This document shows, in pieces, positions 11,503-23,334 of a DNA stretch of 64,000 bases. The stretch is taken from positions 4,032,001 through 4,096,000 of the forward strand of contig OZ076409.1 of NCBI GenBank assembly GCA_964187785.1. Direction: 5' to 3'. The translations under genes were made by a program, and so were the position numbers. Under the pieces are notes generated by a model, which had not been told where the DNA came from, did not search any database, and saw nothing but the letters and a program-made list of their open reading frames with translations. The first letter of the stretch is position 1, and each line of letters opens with the position of its first letter. The stretch is from Amphiscolops sp. MND2022 (Eukaryota).

Positions 11503-14500
11503 TAGAAACGCCACGCCTTTACACAAAATCATCACAAAAACCAAACTCAATTGATGACTGGCAGCATCAGTTGAGCCCAAAACCTACAAAAACATCAGCC
11601 TGTGAAGCCGACTCAATAACAGAAAATATACAACAACTAACTCTGGAAACTCAACCTGAAGACTTATACGAACTCTTACACGATGCACCAGACAACTACT
11701 TTCCTCAACAATCCAACAACCCCGAAACCGACCCAAACTCAGAAATCCAACACACAACAAAACACCACGTAACAATAAAAACGTCTTACAATAATGAGAA
11801 ACAACCTGTTCTAATTGAAGACCTCAGAGAACATATACAATTTGATAAGGAACGAAACTTATCATATCTCCCAATTTCAACCTCTTTAACATTGAAGCAA
11901 AAACGCCACATGTACTACATTCCGATGGCCTTCGAAAAACTCACGCTTGATGGTCTCATTGATACTGGAGCTCTCACAAGTTCAATCTCAGAACAAGACC
12001 TCAAGAAAATCAAGTTGCTCGCCAATGAGGCAATAGAAGAAACTGGTCCCCCACCGAACTTCCAAGTTATGGTGGCAAATGGACAACTTGAAGTCCCCAT
12101 CCGTACGGTACTACTAGAATTTGAAGTGGCTGACTTCATGTTAAAAGAAGACTTCATCATCATGAAAAATCTACCGACCCCACTAATCGGATTGTGTTTC
12201 CTCCGGAGAAATAACGCAATTTTCGATGTCACACAGGGTATCCTAACCTTCCCCTATCTATCAATGCAACTTAAACCAGAAACACAAACATCAATACGGC
12301 AAGCAACACCATTATTTGCTGAAAATACCTACACCTTACAACCAGGCGAAACACTCGCCACCGCAAGCAGAATGCCCCATTTGATGGATCATAATGCCAC
12401 CGGCATAGTCACCCCATCGCAACAATATGAAAACACGATAGCATTTTCATCACTGCATCGCTCAGTACTGTCAACAACAATGCTATTGGCTATCAAATCA
12501 TCAACTTCTCTGAACTACCATACACCATTACAATGGACACCCATTTAGCAGATTTCAAGATTTTAACACCAGAACAAATCAAACATATACAACCAGTGGA
12601 CCCTGCATTGTTATCGTTTATTCTTCAACGCGAAGAAACAACAGAAGTCACCATAAACGAACTTCTTAAAGTACCACACCAAAACCCCGAACAGGAGACC
12701 TACTGGTTCCCTACTCCTGATGAACCAGGCGACCCTACAACATATACCCCAATTCAGCAACGCATCTAACAAGAGCTTCTTGAACTACAAACTGAACCCA
12801 AATGATAACGACTCCTCAAGGAAAACATTTCCTTCAAACTTCGACTGGTCTGATACAACACTCGGCCCAGAAGAACGACAAGAAATTGAGGAAATTCTCA
12901 TCGAATTTCACGACATCTTTGCCAGACATCGTTCCGATATCGGAATAAACCGCGAATTCAAAGTAAAATTAACGCCGAATGACGACAGACCTGCTTACAG
13001 CCAAAGTCTGCCAACTCCTATCAATCTCAAGGATGATATCACAGTAGAACTCGCACTTCTACACAAGTACGGTATCATTACAACTTTACCTTTTTCCAAA
13101 TACGCCAGCCCAATTTTTGCACAGCGCAAACCCAACGGTCGTCTTAGACTTTTAGTAGACCTCAGAAAGATTAACAACCTCATCACTGAAGATTACACCA
13201 ATAATAATCACCCGGTAAGCACTTTATCAGATGCAGCACAACATATGGCAGGGAAAAAACTGTTCTGCAAGTTGGATTGCTCACAGGCTTATCACTGCCT
13301 CCAGATGGCAGATTACCAATCCATTCAAATGCTAGCCTTCAACTTTGCCAGTAGAACATTTGCTTATCGTCGTCTTGCTCAAGGCCTCCCTAGATCACTT
13401 TCTGCATTTTCAAGCTTTATGAGAGAGTACCTAGATCGAGAAATTAAAGCTGACCAATGTGCCCAATATGTCGATGACATTGGCATAGCGGCAAACGACA
13501 CAAAACAACTATGCATAAATATCAAAACTGTCTTTGAATGCATTCGCAATGCAGGACTAAAACTCTTTCATGTCAAAATGTCACTTTGGAGTCAAACAAG
13601 TCGACTTCCTAGGGCGTACAATAACACCAGACGGAGTCGCCCCACAAGCGGACAAAGTCACCGATTTTCTATCAAAACTCCGATTCCCCAAGTCAAAGAA
13701 GGCGTTACAAAGGTATATTGGATTTCTAAATTATTATCGAAACTACATACCACGCCTTTCAGAGCGGCTTTCTCCGTTCTTCAAACTCCTCAAAGAAACC
13801 TCCAAATTCTACGTACCCACAAACTTGGTGGAAGCCTTCACCAACCTCAACAAACTTCTGGAAAATTCCTGTCGATTAGCATTAAAACAACCACTGAAAA
13901 ATAGACAACTTATAGTCATGTCCGACGCACTTTTCACAGCAGCAGGATATGCTATCATGATCGAAGACGACCCGAACCAAAAACTTCAATCTAAACGAAA
14001 AACGTATGCAACCATTGCATTTGGTTCAAAAACCTTTAACCCAACACAAAGTTAAATGTCAATATATGCGAAAGAATTCCTTTCCATATATTTCGCATTT
14101 GTAGAGTTTGGACACCTTATGTGGGGAAGTACTTTCCCAGTCATAGTCTTCACTGACAATCGATCAGTAACACGCTTTTTTCAAGCAAAAATGATTCCAC
14201 CAGCACTGTGGAATGCGTGCGATTACGTCTTACAATATAATTTCGTAATTGCTCATGTTGCTGGATCAATGAACACAGCAGTTGACTTCTTATCTAGAAC
14301 AGAAGCTGACCCAACTGAAAAACTAGAAATGACAATCCGCAATGACATTCACACCAAAGCTATTGAGGTGAATATCCAATCAACCGGAATTGTAGACGAA
14401 GAGCAAATTTACATTCTACCCGAAGATGAAATTGATGAAAATCAACTTTGGGAAGAGAAACAAAATATTCGAAACCAAGCTCAAACAGAAACACACAATG

Positions 14501-16365
14501 AACCAGAAACTGACGTCTCTAAACTACAACAATTTCACAAACCCACATCGGGGTTGATCTCAATCTCATCAGGATACTTTAAGGATAATGCAAGAATTCG
14601 CCTCGAGCAGAACAACGACATCGTCCTTAGAAATCTGAGAGCAAAACTTGAAGGAAACCCATTTGATGAAAACGAATTGGCGTCCGATTATAGATACCAA
14701 CACTACTTACAAAACATAACCCGAATAGAAATAAAACAGGAAGTCCTTACACGAAAATACTACACTGACACAGGAACCATATCTCACTACCAAATTCTCT
14801 TACCGATCCAACTTCTAGAAGAATTTCTTCAAGCCCTACATGGTCACAATTCAAACCACCCAGGAATCACCAAGATGATTCAAGAAGCCCGACAAAAATA
14901 CTACTACCCATGTATGGCTAAATACATCAAAAAATGGGTCAGTAACTGCCAAGTGTGTATCCAAACAAAACGCATTAACAATGATCTTCTCAGAACTGAA
15001 CTCCTAAATTGCCCAGAATGGGATCTTGGTCCAGAAGACATTCTGCAAATGGATATTTTGCCAAACCTCCCCCCAAGCGGAGGCTATGATCATATCATCA
15101 CGGCGATTGACGTCTTCTCAAAATATTTGTTTGCCTACCCTGTAACTCGCATCAATGCAACAACGGTGTCAAGAGTTATCATGGACATACTATGCAAGCA
15201 CACTTACCTTCCTACAACGATAATCACAGATTTAGGCACTCAATTCAACGCGCAAATAACGCACGAAGTTGCAGCAGTGCTAGGAATTGAACTTAAACAC
15301 GCAACAATGAAACATGCTCAAACGATAGGACTCCTTGAGAGAACCCATGCTTCAGCCAAAACACACCTGAAAGCTGCAACAGGCGAATTCAGGAATAACT
15401 GGCATAAGTACCTACCGTTGGTAGTCCTAAACCACAATACAACGTACCATGCATCACTCGGTTGCGAGCCTTCACGAGTTTCTCATCGTAGAATACCACA
15501 TAGTATCCTAGACTACAAACTCGGATATAACCCTAACCCACGATACCAACCACAGACTGATGTGGCTGAAGAAATCCAAAAACGTATGAAAATCCTTCTA
15601 GATCAAACTAAGAAGAACATCATGCAATCTTATCTCAAATACAAAGCCTACTTTGACAGGAAAGCGAAAACAGCTCCTCTCGAAACGACGGACTATTGTT
15701 ACATTCTTAACCCAAAAGCTGATAATCAAGCGACAAAAATACCATTCCGCGAATTCAGATGGTGTGGACCAAATAAAGTGGAAAAAGTACTCCCTAACAA
15801 TAACTATTTTGTCCGGAGACTTGGCACTAACAAAAGCCAACTACTACACAGGATCCGTCTGAGGAAATATACTCCACAAGCCCCATTAGCCGATATTTTC
15901 GTTCGTGAAACTGATTGGCAAAAAGATGATCAAACGCCTATAGCAAAGGATGATCTATACGCCCAATCATGGAACACAAATTTCGGAACGAACCCGTTTG
16001 AAGACGGTCCGTCAGAGTTTTCTCAGGAAACTGAAGATGCTGAATATGCTCCAATTCAAATACCTGATGATAACCACCCTCCCTCCCCTGGATCTTCAAA
16101 AAATGGTGCGGGCAGCCCAGTGGAACAGACCACTGAACCCAAAAGAGAAAACAATGAAATTTCACGAGAAACCCATGATGATGAAATAGAAAACCCACAA
16201 AAAACCCAAAATGATAAAAATAATACATCCCAAATTGATACCCAAAAAACCCCAGAAAACCCTGAAAACACCCCATTGCAATAAGAACCTATAAATACCC
16301 GTGGTGAAAAGTATAACCTACGACCCAATCCCAACCCAAACTACTCTGACTCATATAGATACTAA
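11496..16365 (+). pseudogene. pol: E2 pol: aspartic protease, RT, RNase H, integrase; several frameshifts and stops
   Basis: LIDTGA; RLLVDLR, KLDCSQAY, YVDD; SDA..AAGY, TDNRS; H..HPG..CQVC, IDVFSKY, TDLGTQF, LERTH; tail ends YNLRPNPNPNYSDSYRY* after one stop at 16282. Confidence 0.96.
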
Positions 16366-16549
16366 AAAGAAATACAGAAGAAATTGTTCTCTCATCTTTC
16401 ATCTCGATTCACTTTTCAGAGAACCTTTTTCGAATTTCTTCCGATTATAATCAAACAAATGGCCTAATAAAGAAGCATTAACAAACAACAGAATAAACTA
16501 AACAAAATTGAGACACTCGATCACAAAGTCATCATAGTATATGATCCAA

Positions 16550-19500
16550 CTAGTTTTTCTTGCTTTTACAAGAATTGCTCTTTACTTTAGCAGAAACTGA
16601 ATCAGTACGTGCTTCAGCACATTGTGAGACTTCTAGACTAACTCTGCTAAGAGTTGGATCTGGAGTAGGAGTACTATTTGCACTACTACGGCGGCTCACA
16701 CTTGGGGTAGTACTTCTAGAACTTACAGGAGGTCTTTCAATACGAAGGACAGATTTCCGATAACAAGTTTCGAGTTTGCCCAAAAGAGTAGATCGCTTCT
16801 GTCCATTTCCTTTGAGAAAGTTCCGAATGGAGAATTTCTTGTCGGTCAATAGATCAGTTCCTCGGCCAAGGAGTCGAAAAACACGAGAGATTGATTTAGG
16901 GTCTCGGTATAAACTTGAAAGTTGCGGAATTGTCTGGTATGATGCCTGTAGACTCCACAAACAGGTTTGGATAGCTTCAATTCCATTCTCTAAACTGGTA
17001 AGAGGGACGATGAAAGGACTTGGTATATTGATTAAAGGGGATAAACACAAACAGGAGTATCTGTACATTTGATACAATTCGGGACGACATTGAATCTCGT
17101 AATGAGACGATACGTAATGCACCCAATCCTCGTAATCAGGGACAGGACAATCACGAAGTTTTGTAACGAAGGATCGATACTGGCTTGTAGCTTTTGTTTT
17201 ATCACTAGCTGAGATACACCCTCTGGCAACGAAATAGGATGCTAACTTTTCAATTGAAGCAGTATATTGCTCCTCCGAACCCTCAAATATGACACTAGGG
17301 TCGAATGATGATAACCCCCTAATCAGGTCAGATTTGATCACTTCGTGACTCAGCAGCAATTTACAAAACGCCTTGCAGAAGGCGATTGATTGATCAACAA
17401 ATTTGCCTGGGCGAGGCATTATACTGGCAACAACAAGATTGTAAAAGTCTTCATTAAGTATAACTTCGCTTGATGTTTTGAAGGGCAGCCCAGTTTGGTC
17501 CAAATCTAAATGAAGATAACCATCCCAATTAGAAATGCTTCGAAGCGTATCATCTGGAAGGAGGTTTTGGAGCTGGCTATATACAAAAACTGCAAACTGG
17601 TTGTATAGCCGAAAACCCCCTTCAACTCCTTGTTTGACTTCGTGGAAGGCCGAGTTATCTGAAACAAAAGGAAAATAGTGACACTTTAAAACGCGTTATG
17701 ATCTCAACCAGCACGCAGAGATAAAATATACGTCAATATACAATTCAATTTGTGACGATCATACGCCATAATACAAATTCAACAATGTGTCTATACGTCA
17801 TTCAGCGGATCTAGGTGTGACGATTATACGTCACTATGCGGAATTGCAAATTGGATTACACGTCATCCAGCGGACCGAGATGTGACAATTGTACGTCACT
17901 ATGCGGAATTGCAAATTGGATTATACGTCATTAAGCAGAATTGCAAATCGGACTAAACGTCATTATGCGGAATTGCAAATCGGACTATACGTCACTGTGC
18001 GGAATTGCAAAGTGGACTATATGGCATCATGCGGAATCCACAGAACGAATATACGTCATTATGCGGAAATCACTGAACGTACTGAAAAGATTAACCGAGC
18101 CAGACGATTTACAGCCACCATACTCTTACAGCTTAAATAGGTGTAAAGAAAAGTACGGAAAGAAAATGGACCATGTTCGTTATGAAAACAGTGGGATTAA
18201 TCGGACCATAGTAAAAAGGGAAATGAAAATTTTACTGGGGACTTGGATGTTGTAGCAAAGACCGTCTCAAGAAAATGAAAATGACTAACAGTGGTCTATT
18301 GTGCATCTGATAATGAAAAGCCGGGCCAGATAAGTGGTGTCTAAGCGAAAACACTCGTCCAAAGTGTTCGGCTGAAACAGAAATGAGAACTATACGAAAA
18401 GAAGGAAGGCTAGTCTACAACAGACAGAAATATAATAACCTCTCTCATGTGAAATCTGTATTCTGGCAGTCTGGCCACTTGATTTAGGTGTTCACGCACC
18501 CGGTCCCAATACTTGGATAAGTCCTCTATGATGATGGACGCTTCGCTCAAAGAATACTCAAGCCGAGTTATACACTAAAATGAAGAAGACCTGTAAAGAT
18601 CAAACTCAAGTGTATTTGTACCGAACACAATATGATATGCTACATACTTTGTGTAGAGTTGGCAAGTTCTGTACCCAGTCTCGATCCAATGCTGTACGTA
18701 GTTTCATTAAAAGGAAATCTAGAATCGTACGAAAATTATGTCGCTCAATGATTTGAGCGGTAGGTAGGGCAAGACTGGATTCAAAATTGGACGGTTCATA
18801 AGTACTGGTAATGAATGACCTTTTTACACCAGGTAAATTAGTCCAGAGACAATCAGCTAATTTTTCATCAAAACCAACTAAGGAAACGCAAGAAGGAGCA
18901 GTATCAAAAAGACTGATGAACGAGGCGAGTAAAGCAAGAATCTTGCGGGGAAGTAACATTCCTCTTGGGGAACTGCCCAGGCACACACGGTGGAGCACGT
19001 TTCCAGACCAGAATGATAAAATGATGAATGAAGTGGTAACAGAGTGTTGGAGTGATAACGAACACAATCCAGAGTCGGAGATCTTGTCAGTACAGTAACT
19101 CATTAGTTCTCTGAACATATGTACCAGGATGGCCTGTTAACACGCACAAAGTAAAAAAGAGCTTACTCAATTAAATGAAAATGCGCGACTAAAGATTAAA
19201 ACACTTCATACAAGTCACAATGCGAAAGCGAATGTCCTCAATTCAATAGTTAAAATAAAATACTAACATAGAGGCGTTGATCGCTCGAATTCTGGGTAGA
19301 CAACACGTTGGAAGAAGTCAGTCTGGATACTTCTCCATAGATCCCAGAAAGGTTGTCTACGTGTCCCCCATTTCTGAGCCCGAACTCTAAAATGGTTATT
19401 TGGAACAAAACCTTCTCAGTAGGACTGGATGCAATGTTTGTAGCAGGGACTGCAGATTGTCCCACTAGAGGATGTCGAGAGTCTAATTGGGGCGCTATTG

Positions 19501-20957
19501 GATAAGTGTCCTTTGCAGCTTTCTTCGCGTTTTGGAGGGCTGTTCCAAGGATCTCTTTACAGTCTTTATCAAACAAAGGCATGCCGGTTATCTCCATACG
19601 GATTCGATGCTCTTTGATTAGGTGTGAGTCAGTCCGATAATGGGAGACCAGTTCCAAGGGTCCTCGACTCATTAGGGATAATTCCACACGACACACCCTA
19701 CACCACCACTTATAGGGAGTTTTATCGGTGTCGAGTGGACCAGTAGCAGAAAATTGCAACACTGGGTGTTTGTTCAACATTCCAACTGTGAGGGAGAATT
19801 AGGTCTCCTTCTCTTACCATAGTGCGTGCTATCCTGATACTGTCTATCGGAACGGACAGCCATTGATGATGAAGGCCCTGATAGTTCCTCCTGACTAGAC
19901 GTAGTGACAATTACAGGGTCCGCTATAACGTCAACGACGGACAAGGATAGAGGTTGACCTAGATTTGCTCCATCTCCTGTAAGTAAGTCTGGTGGGATTC
20001 GCCCCAAGAAATTATTGATGGTCGTTAACTCTCTTCGGGTAATGCTGAACTGAGTATACTCTCCTGGAAAGTCCTGCATTGTCACTTCTTGTTCATTGGA
20101 TACTTGGATCTCCTCCCCCTCTGCCCCAAATATGTCGCCTTGGCTGAGTAACATAGGGTTCTCATGCGAAGCCCTGTCGAAGCCGGTGGGTGAGAGATAT
20201 TGATTAAACTGTGGTGGAGGAGTTTGGGTTACTTGTAGGGGAGGATAAGTCTCTCCCATGACCACTTGTGATCTATTTTCAACGTTGTCTCCGCTGTAAT
20301 TATGATCGAGGCCCACTTGGGAACGGGGCGTGCATTGACTGGCGGAAGCCTCAACTTCAGTCCTTTCTTCCTGCTCGTGATCAGCGGGAAATATCTCACA
20401 TGTGAAGTGTGGAGCAGCAGTCACAACCTTTATCCCTTCATCAATCTGCAAAATAGGGGTGACAGGGGATTCCAAAGAGCCTTGGGGTTGAACTAAATTT
20501 GGAGATGCTACTTCTAACAAAATCAGAGTTTTCTCTGGTGTTTCTGCTGTAGGATTCCTTACTGAAGTGAGTTCAGCTAAAACAATGATCGATTACTTGT
20601 AGAAAAGAGGAATTGATCACGCAAACGAGTTCGTCCTAGATTAACTGAAACCAGACGCGGCAACAGGAAATGAAAAGAACGGATGTCGTTTAAAGTTAGA
20701 AACGGAAACGTTTCAAAAAATCTGACTTTGTTTAGTAATCCATAGCTAGACATTTTCAATTCGTAAGCCTGGCCAGCTTCGAAACCCTACTAAACTCCCT
20801 AAACCAAATCAAGTCTAAACAAGAACATACTGAACTTACTTTGTGTGGATTCCAGGGGTAGATCATCAGCCCAAATTTCATCGCGCTGTAGCTTCAACAG
20901 CTCCTTTCTAGTCAATCGGGTACTAGAAGTCCCAGGCTCTCCTGGTTTAGAGTCCAT
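16550..20957 (-). CDS. Antisense six-exon gene inside E2, ~1080 aa, hAT-transposase-like with C2H2 (BED-like) zinc finger; one 1-nt deletion near 19785
   Basis: Exons 20957-20840, 20576-19268, 19133-18648, 18574-18440, 18371-18290, 17658-16550; donors GTAAGT, GTTAGT, GTATGT, GTTATT, GTTAGT; pyrimidine-rich AG acceptors; phases 1,0,0,0,1 all match; WCRVCRVELSLMSRGPLELVSHYRTDSH. Family assignment is by eye. Confidence 0.8.
17750..18070 (+). repeat. Degenerate ~31-bp tandem array (TATACGTCA.TATGCGGAATTGCAAAT.GGA.) inside the last intron of the antisense gene
   Basis: About ten ACGTCA.TATGCGG-type units, all within predicted intron 17659-18289. Confidence 0.85.
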
Positions 20958-21309
20958 TTCCTATCCAGAAGTTCACTCCCTGAGGGATGATAAACGTTTG
21001 GAAGTATTCAGGAATTTTCCTTGAAGAGGAAGATAATGAAAGAGAAGTAAGACGAGGAGAGAACTAATTCTGTGGAAAATGACAAAAATGACTCAAAAGA
21101 CTATAAACGATAATTGAATTAACGAATAAAGTAAAGCAAGTTATAGGCGTGGCGGTAAAAGAAAGGCAAAAGAGCGAATGAGACAGTTGTGCGCAAATTG
21201 GTAAAGAAATACTCAAATCTGATTGGCTAATTAAATGTCAATCACGTCTGCCAGCGTGATTGATTGATTCATTACAAGGTTAGCCATTAGCTAATTGCAT
21301 GCATAATGT

Positions 21310-21556
21310 AATATGCGGCAATATGCGGATTGCTGGTGAAGAATATGCGGCAGTATGCGGATTGCTGATGAAGAATATGCGGCAGTATGCGGATTGCTGA
21401 TGAAGAATATGCGGCAGTATGCGGATTGCTGATGAAGAATTTGCGGCAGTATGCGGATTGCTGATGAAGAATATGCGGCAGTATGCGGATTGCTGATGAA
21501 GAGTATGCGGCAGTATGCGGATTGCTGATAAAGAATATGCGGTAGTATGCGGATTG
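21310..21556 (+). repeat. 32-bp minisatellite AATATGCGGCAGTATGCGGATTGCTGATGAAG, ~7.7 copies
   Basis: Near-perfect tandem copies between the two divergent accessory genes. Confidence 0.95.
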
Positions 21557-22314
21557 AATAGTGGCGTATACTCGTCACCCTGCGGTTTTCGCTGCATGTA
21601 TTTAATGATATGAATTAATGCAGTTCGTGATTAGAATTGAATACACAATGAGATGTTACGTAATACTCTGGAGAAATTAAAGCATTCTCATGAAAAACAA
21701 GTGTGAAATTGTTGATGTTTTGGTATACGGCATTGACACCCTGTTGAAAATCATCAACCTGCTAGCATTTTTAAATGCGGACTGAGCTTAATGCATGATT
21801 TCCCTTAAAATTAATATTTGATTTTGGGAGAGGTATTTAACGTAATACAAGTTTCATAAGCCTTTTCACCATTTTATAAATTAGTCATGTAAAACTATAT
21901 GAATTTCTTTTTCTTTCTTCTTTCATTCGAGGAAATATATTCATGAAATCGTGTTAAGGTTGATTGCTTTGATCTTAGGCTAAATTTTGTTTATATATCA
22001 TTTGTTTGCCAAGGAACTTACGAAAACTCTAGTGATAAGTGACGATTTAACGAAGTGTTAAAGCGAAACACCTTTTATGGAAATTGTTTATAACCTATTG
22101 TAAATGAGTCTCATGATACAATCACCGACAAAACCCTTATAAAGGAAAATGGAGATTTTGAAAAGCATGACGCTCAAATTCTGCGCCGGTTTTTGTCAAA
22201 AACAAGAGGAAGAAGAAAATCAATCACCATATCGTCTTTGCAATTTCATAAATCAGTTGCCTTCTAAATTCTTTGAAAATCTGAAATACTCAGTGGTTTC
22301 TCTGCAAATCTAAA

Positions 22315-23334
22315 ATGGAAAAACTCCAATTTAATACTGATGTAAATTCGCTATACTCCCCTATATCCCCTGATGTGGTGGATATTTCGAGCGAGTCAGA
22401 AAATAGCTTCTCAATGGCTCCCGGAGATATTGCCCAGCTTGACGAAAGATTTCGAATTAATACAACTGGGAGTAACCTGATGTCGGCATTCATGGGCTCA
22501 ACATTGTTTTCGTTATATGTGGATCCAGCCACTACAGCAGAACAGAATGAGTCTGTAAGTGCCACAGGGACACAGATACAACAAGACTTGATGGAGTTGT
22601 TAGGGGAACCGCAAGAAGATAGGATGATTTCCCCAAGTTCGTTCATAGATAGTGAGTTTGAAGAAGGGAATTTGTTCCCCTGGACGCTGGGTAATACCCC
22701 TCCTGAAGACACAAACAATTATGGTCGGCCTACCGCCAGGGTTCCCCCTACCCAAAGAGTGAACCCCAGTGCAGGTGGGATATTGCCAAGGCCAGTCCCC
22801 ACTTACCCACCTAACTACAGGCCAGAGACATCTGATTTTCAACACACGCATTCTAGTGAACCCATGGATCAAGACCCACGCAGAGATATAGCTCCGACTC
22901 AAGGTACACTGAATGCAGTGCAAGGATTTAATTTGTCACCTGCGTTCTTCCCCATCCCAATGAAGGAAGCTCCCATTGAGAACCGACAGATCACAGTTCA
23001 TCCAATGGTGCAGTTGGGCTTTCCTTTTTGCGTGACACACAGCACGAATCTCATTCTTATCCCTGCAAGAGAAAGACAAAGCATGAGACTACTGCCAACC
23101 GTCATGTCAAATGTGGCGGGTTACTGCGACATATGTGGTAAATGCTACGATCAGATCGCACTGGAAACGTTGGTTGAGTACCTCATGGCTACTGAATACG
23201 AGGGAGAGAGAGTGAAAGAAAGAGCGATTAGATCAAGAGCATTTATCCATGGATTCGAAGCAGCCCTGTTCCTCTTTAAAAATGCGGGACTGTCGCATCT
23301 ATCAAAATGCGATGGTTCCGTGGTGCAGCTTTGA
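22315..23334 (+). CDS. E2 sense accessory ORF (339 aa, intact) with C-terminal CxxCGK domain; stop 44 nt inside the 3' LTR
   Basis: Uninterrupted ORF; CDICGKCYDQIALETLVEYLMATEYEGERVKERAIRSRAF matches E1 ORF 5201-5953. Confidence 0.8.
   Translation: MEKLQFNTDVNSLYSPISPDVVDISSESENSFSMAPGDIAQLDERFRINTTGSNLMSAFMGSTLFSLYVDPATTAEQNESVSATGTQIQQDLMELLGEPQEDRMISPSSFIDSEFEEGNLFPWTLGNTPPEDTNNYGRPTARVPPTQRVNPSAGGILPRPVPTYPPNYRPETSDFQHTHSSEPMDQDPRRDIAPTQGTLNAVQGFNLSPAFFPIPMKEAPIENRQITVHPMVQLGFPFCVTHSTNLILIPARERQSMRLLPTVMSNVAGYCDICGKCYDQIALETLVEYLMATEYEGERVKERAIRSRAFIHGFEAALFLFKNAGLSHLSKCDGSVVQL

Larger units (their letters stand above)
9829..11505 (+). pseudogene. gag: E2 gag with two CCHC zinc knuckles and two in-frame stops
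   Basis: ORFs 9829-10041, 10045-10542 and 10543-11505 share one frame; TAA at 10039 is CAA in the 3' LTR copy; CRYCKETGHMMTDC and CQNCNTPGHDEENC. Confidence 0.93.

Noticed and set aside
17889..18255. Plus-strand ORFs of 83 and 104 aa
   Set aside because: They translate the tandem array inside a predicted intron
18591..18600. Alternative acceptor TTTACAG for the third intron of the antisense gene
   Set aside because: It gives a stop after ten codons; the acceptor at 18575 keeps the frame
21280..21597. Repetitive ORFs and a CRISPR-like appearance of the 32-bp array
   Set aside because: Head-to-tail repeats with no unique spacers and no cas genes; the ORFs are by-products of the minisatellite
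22315..23334. env gene in the third-ORF position of E2
   Set aside because: No signal peptide, transmembrane segment or Cys-rich ectodomain
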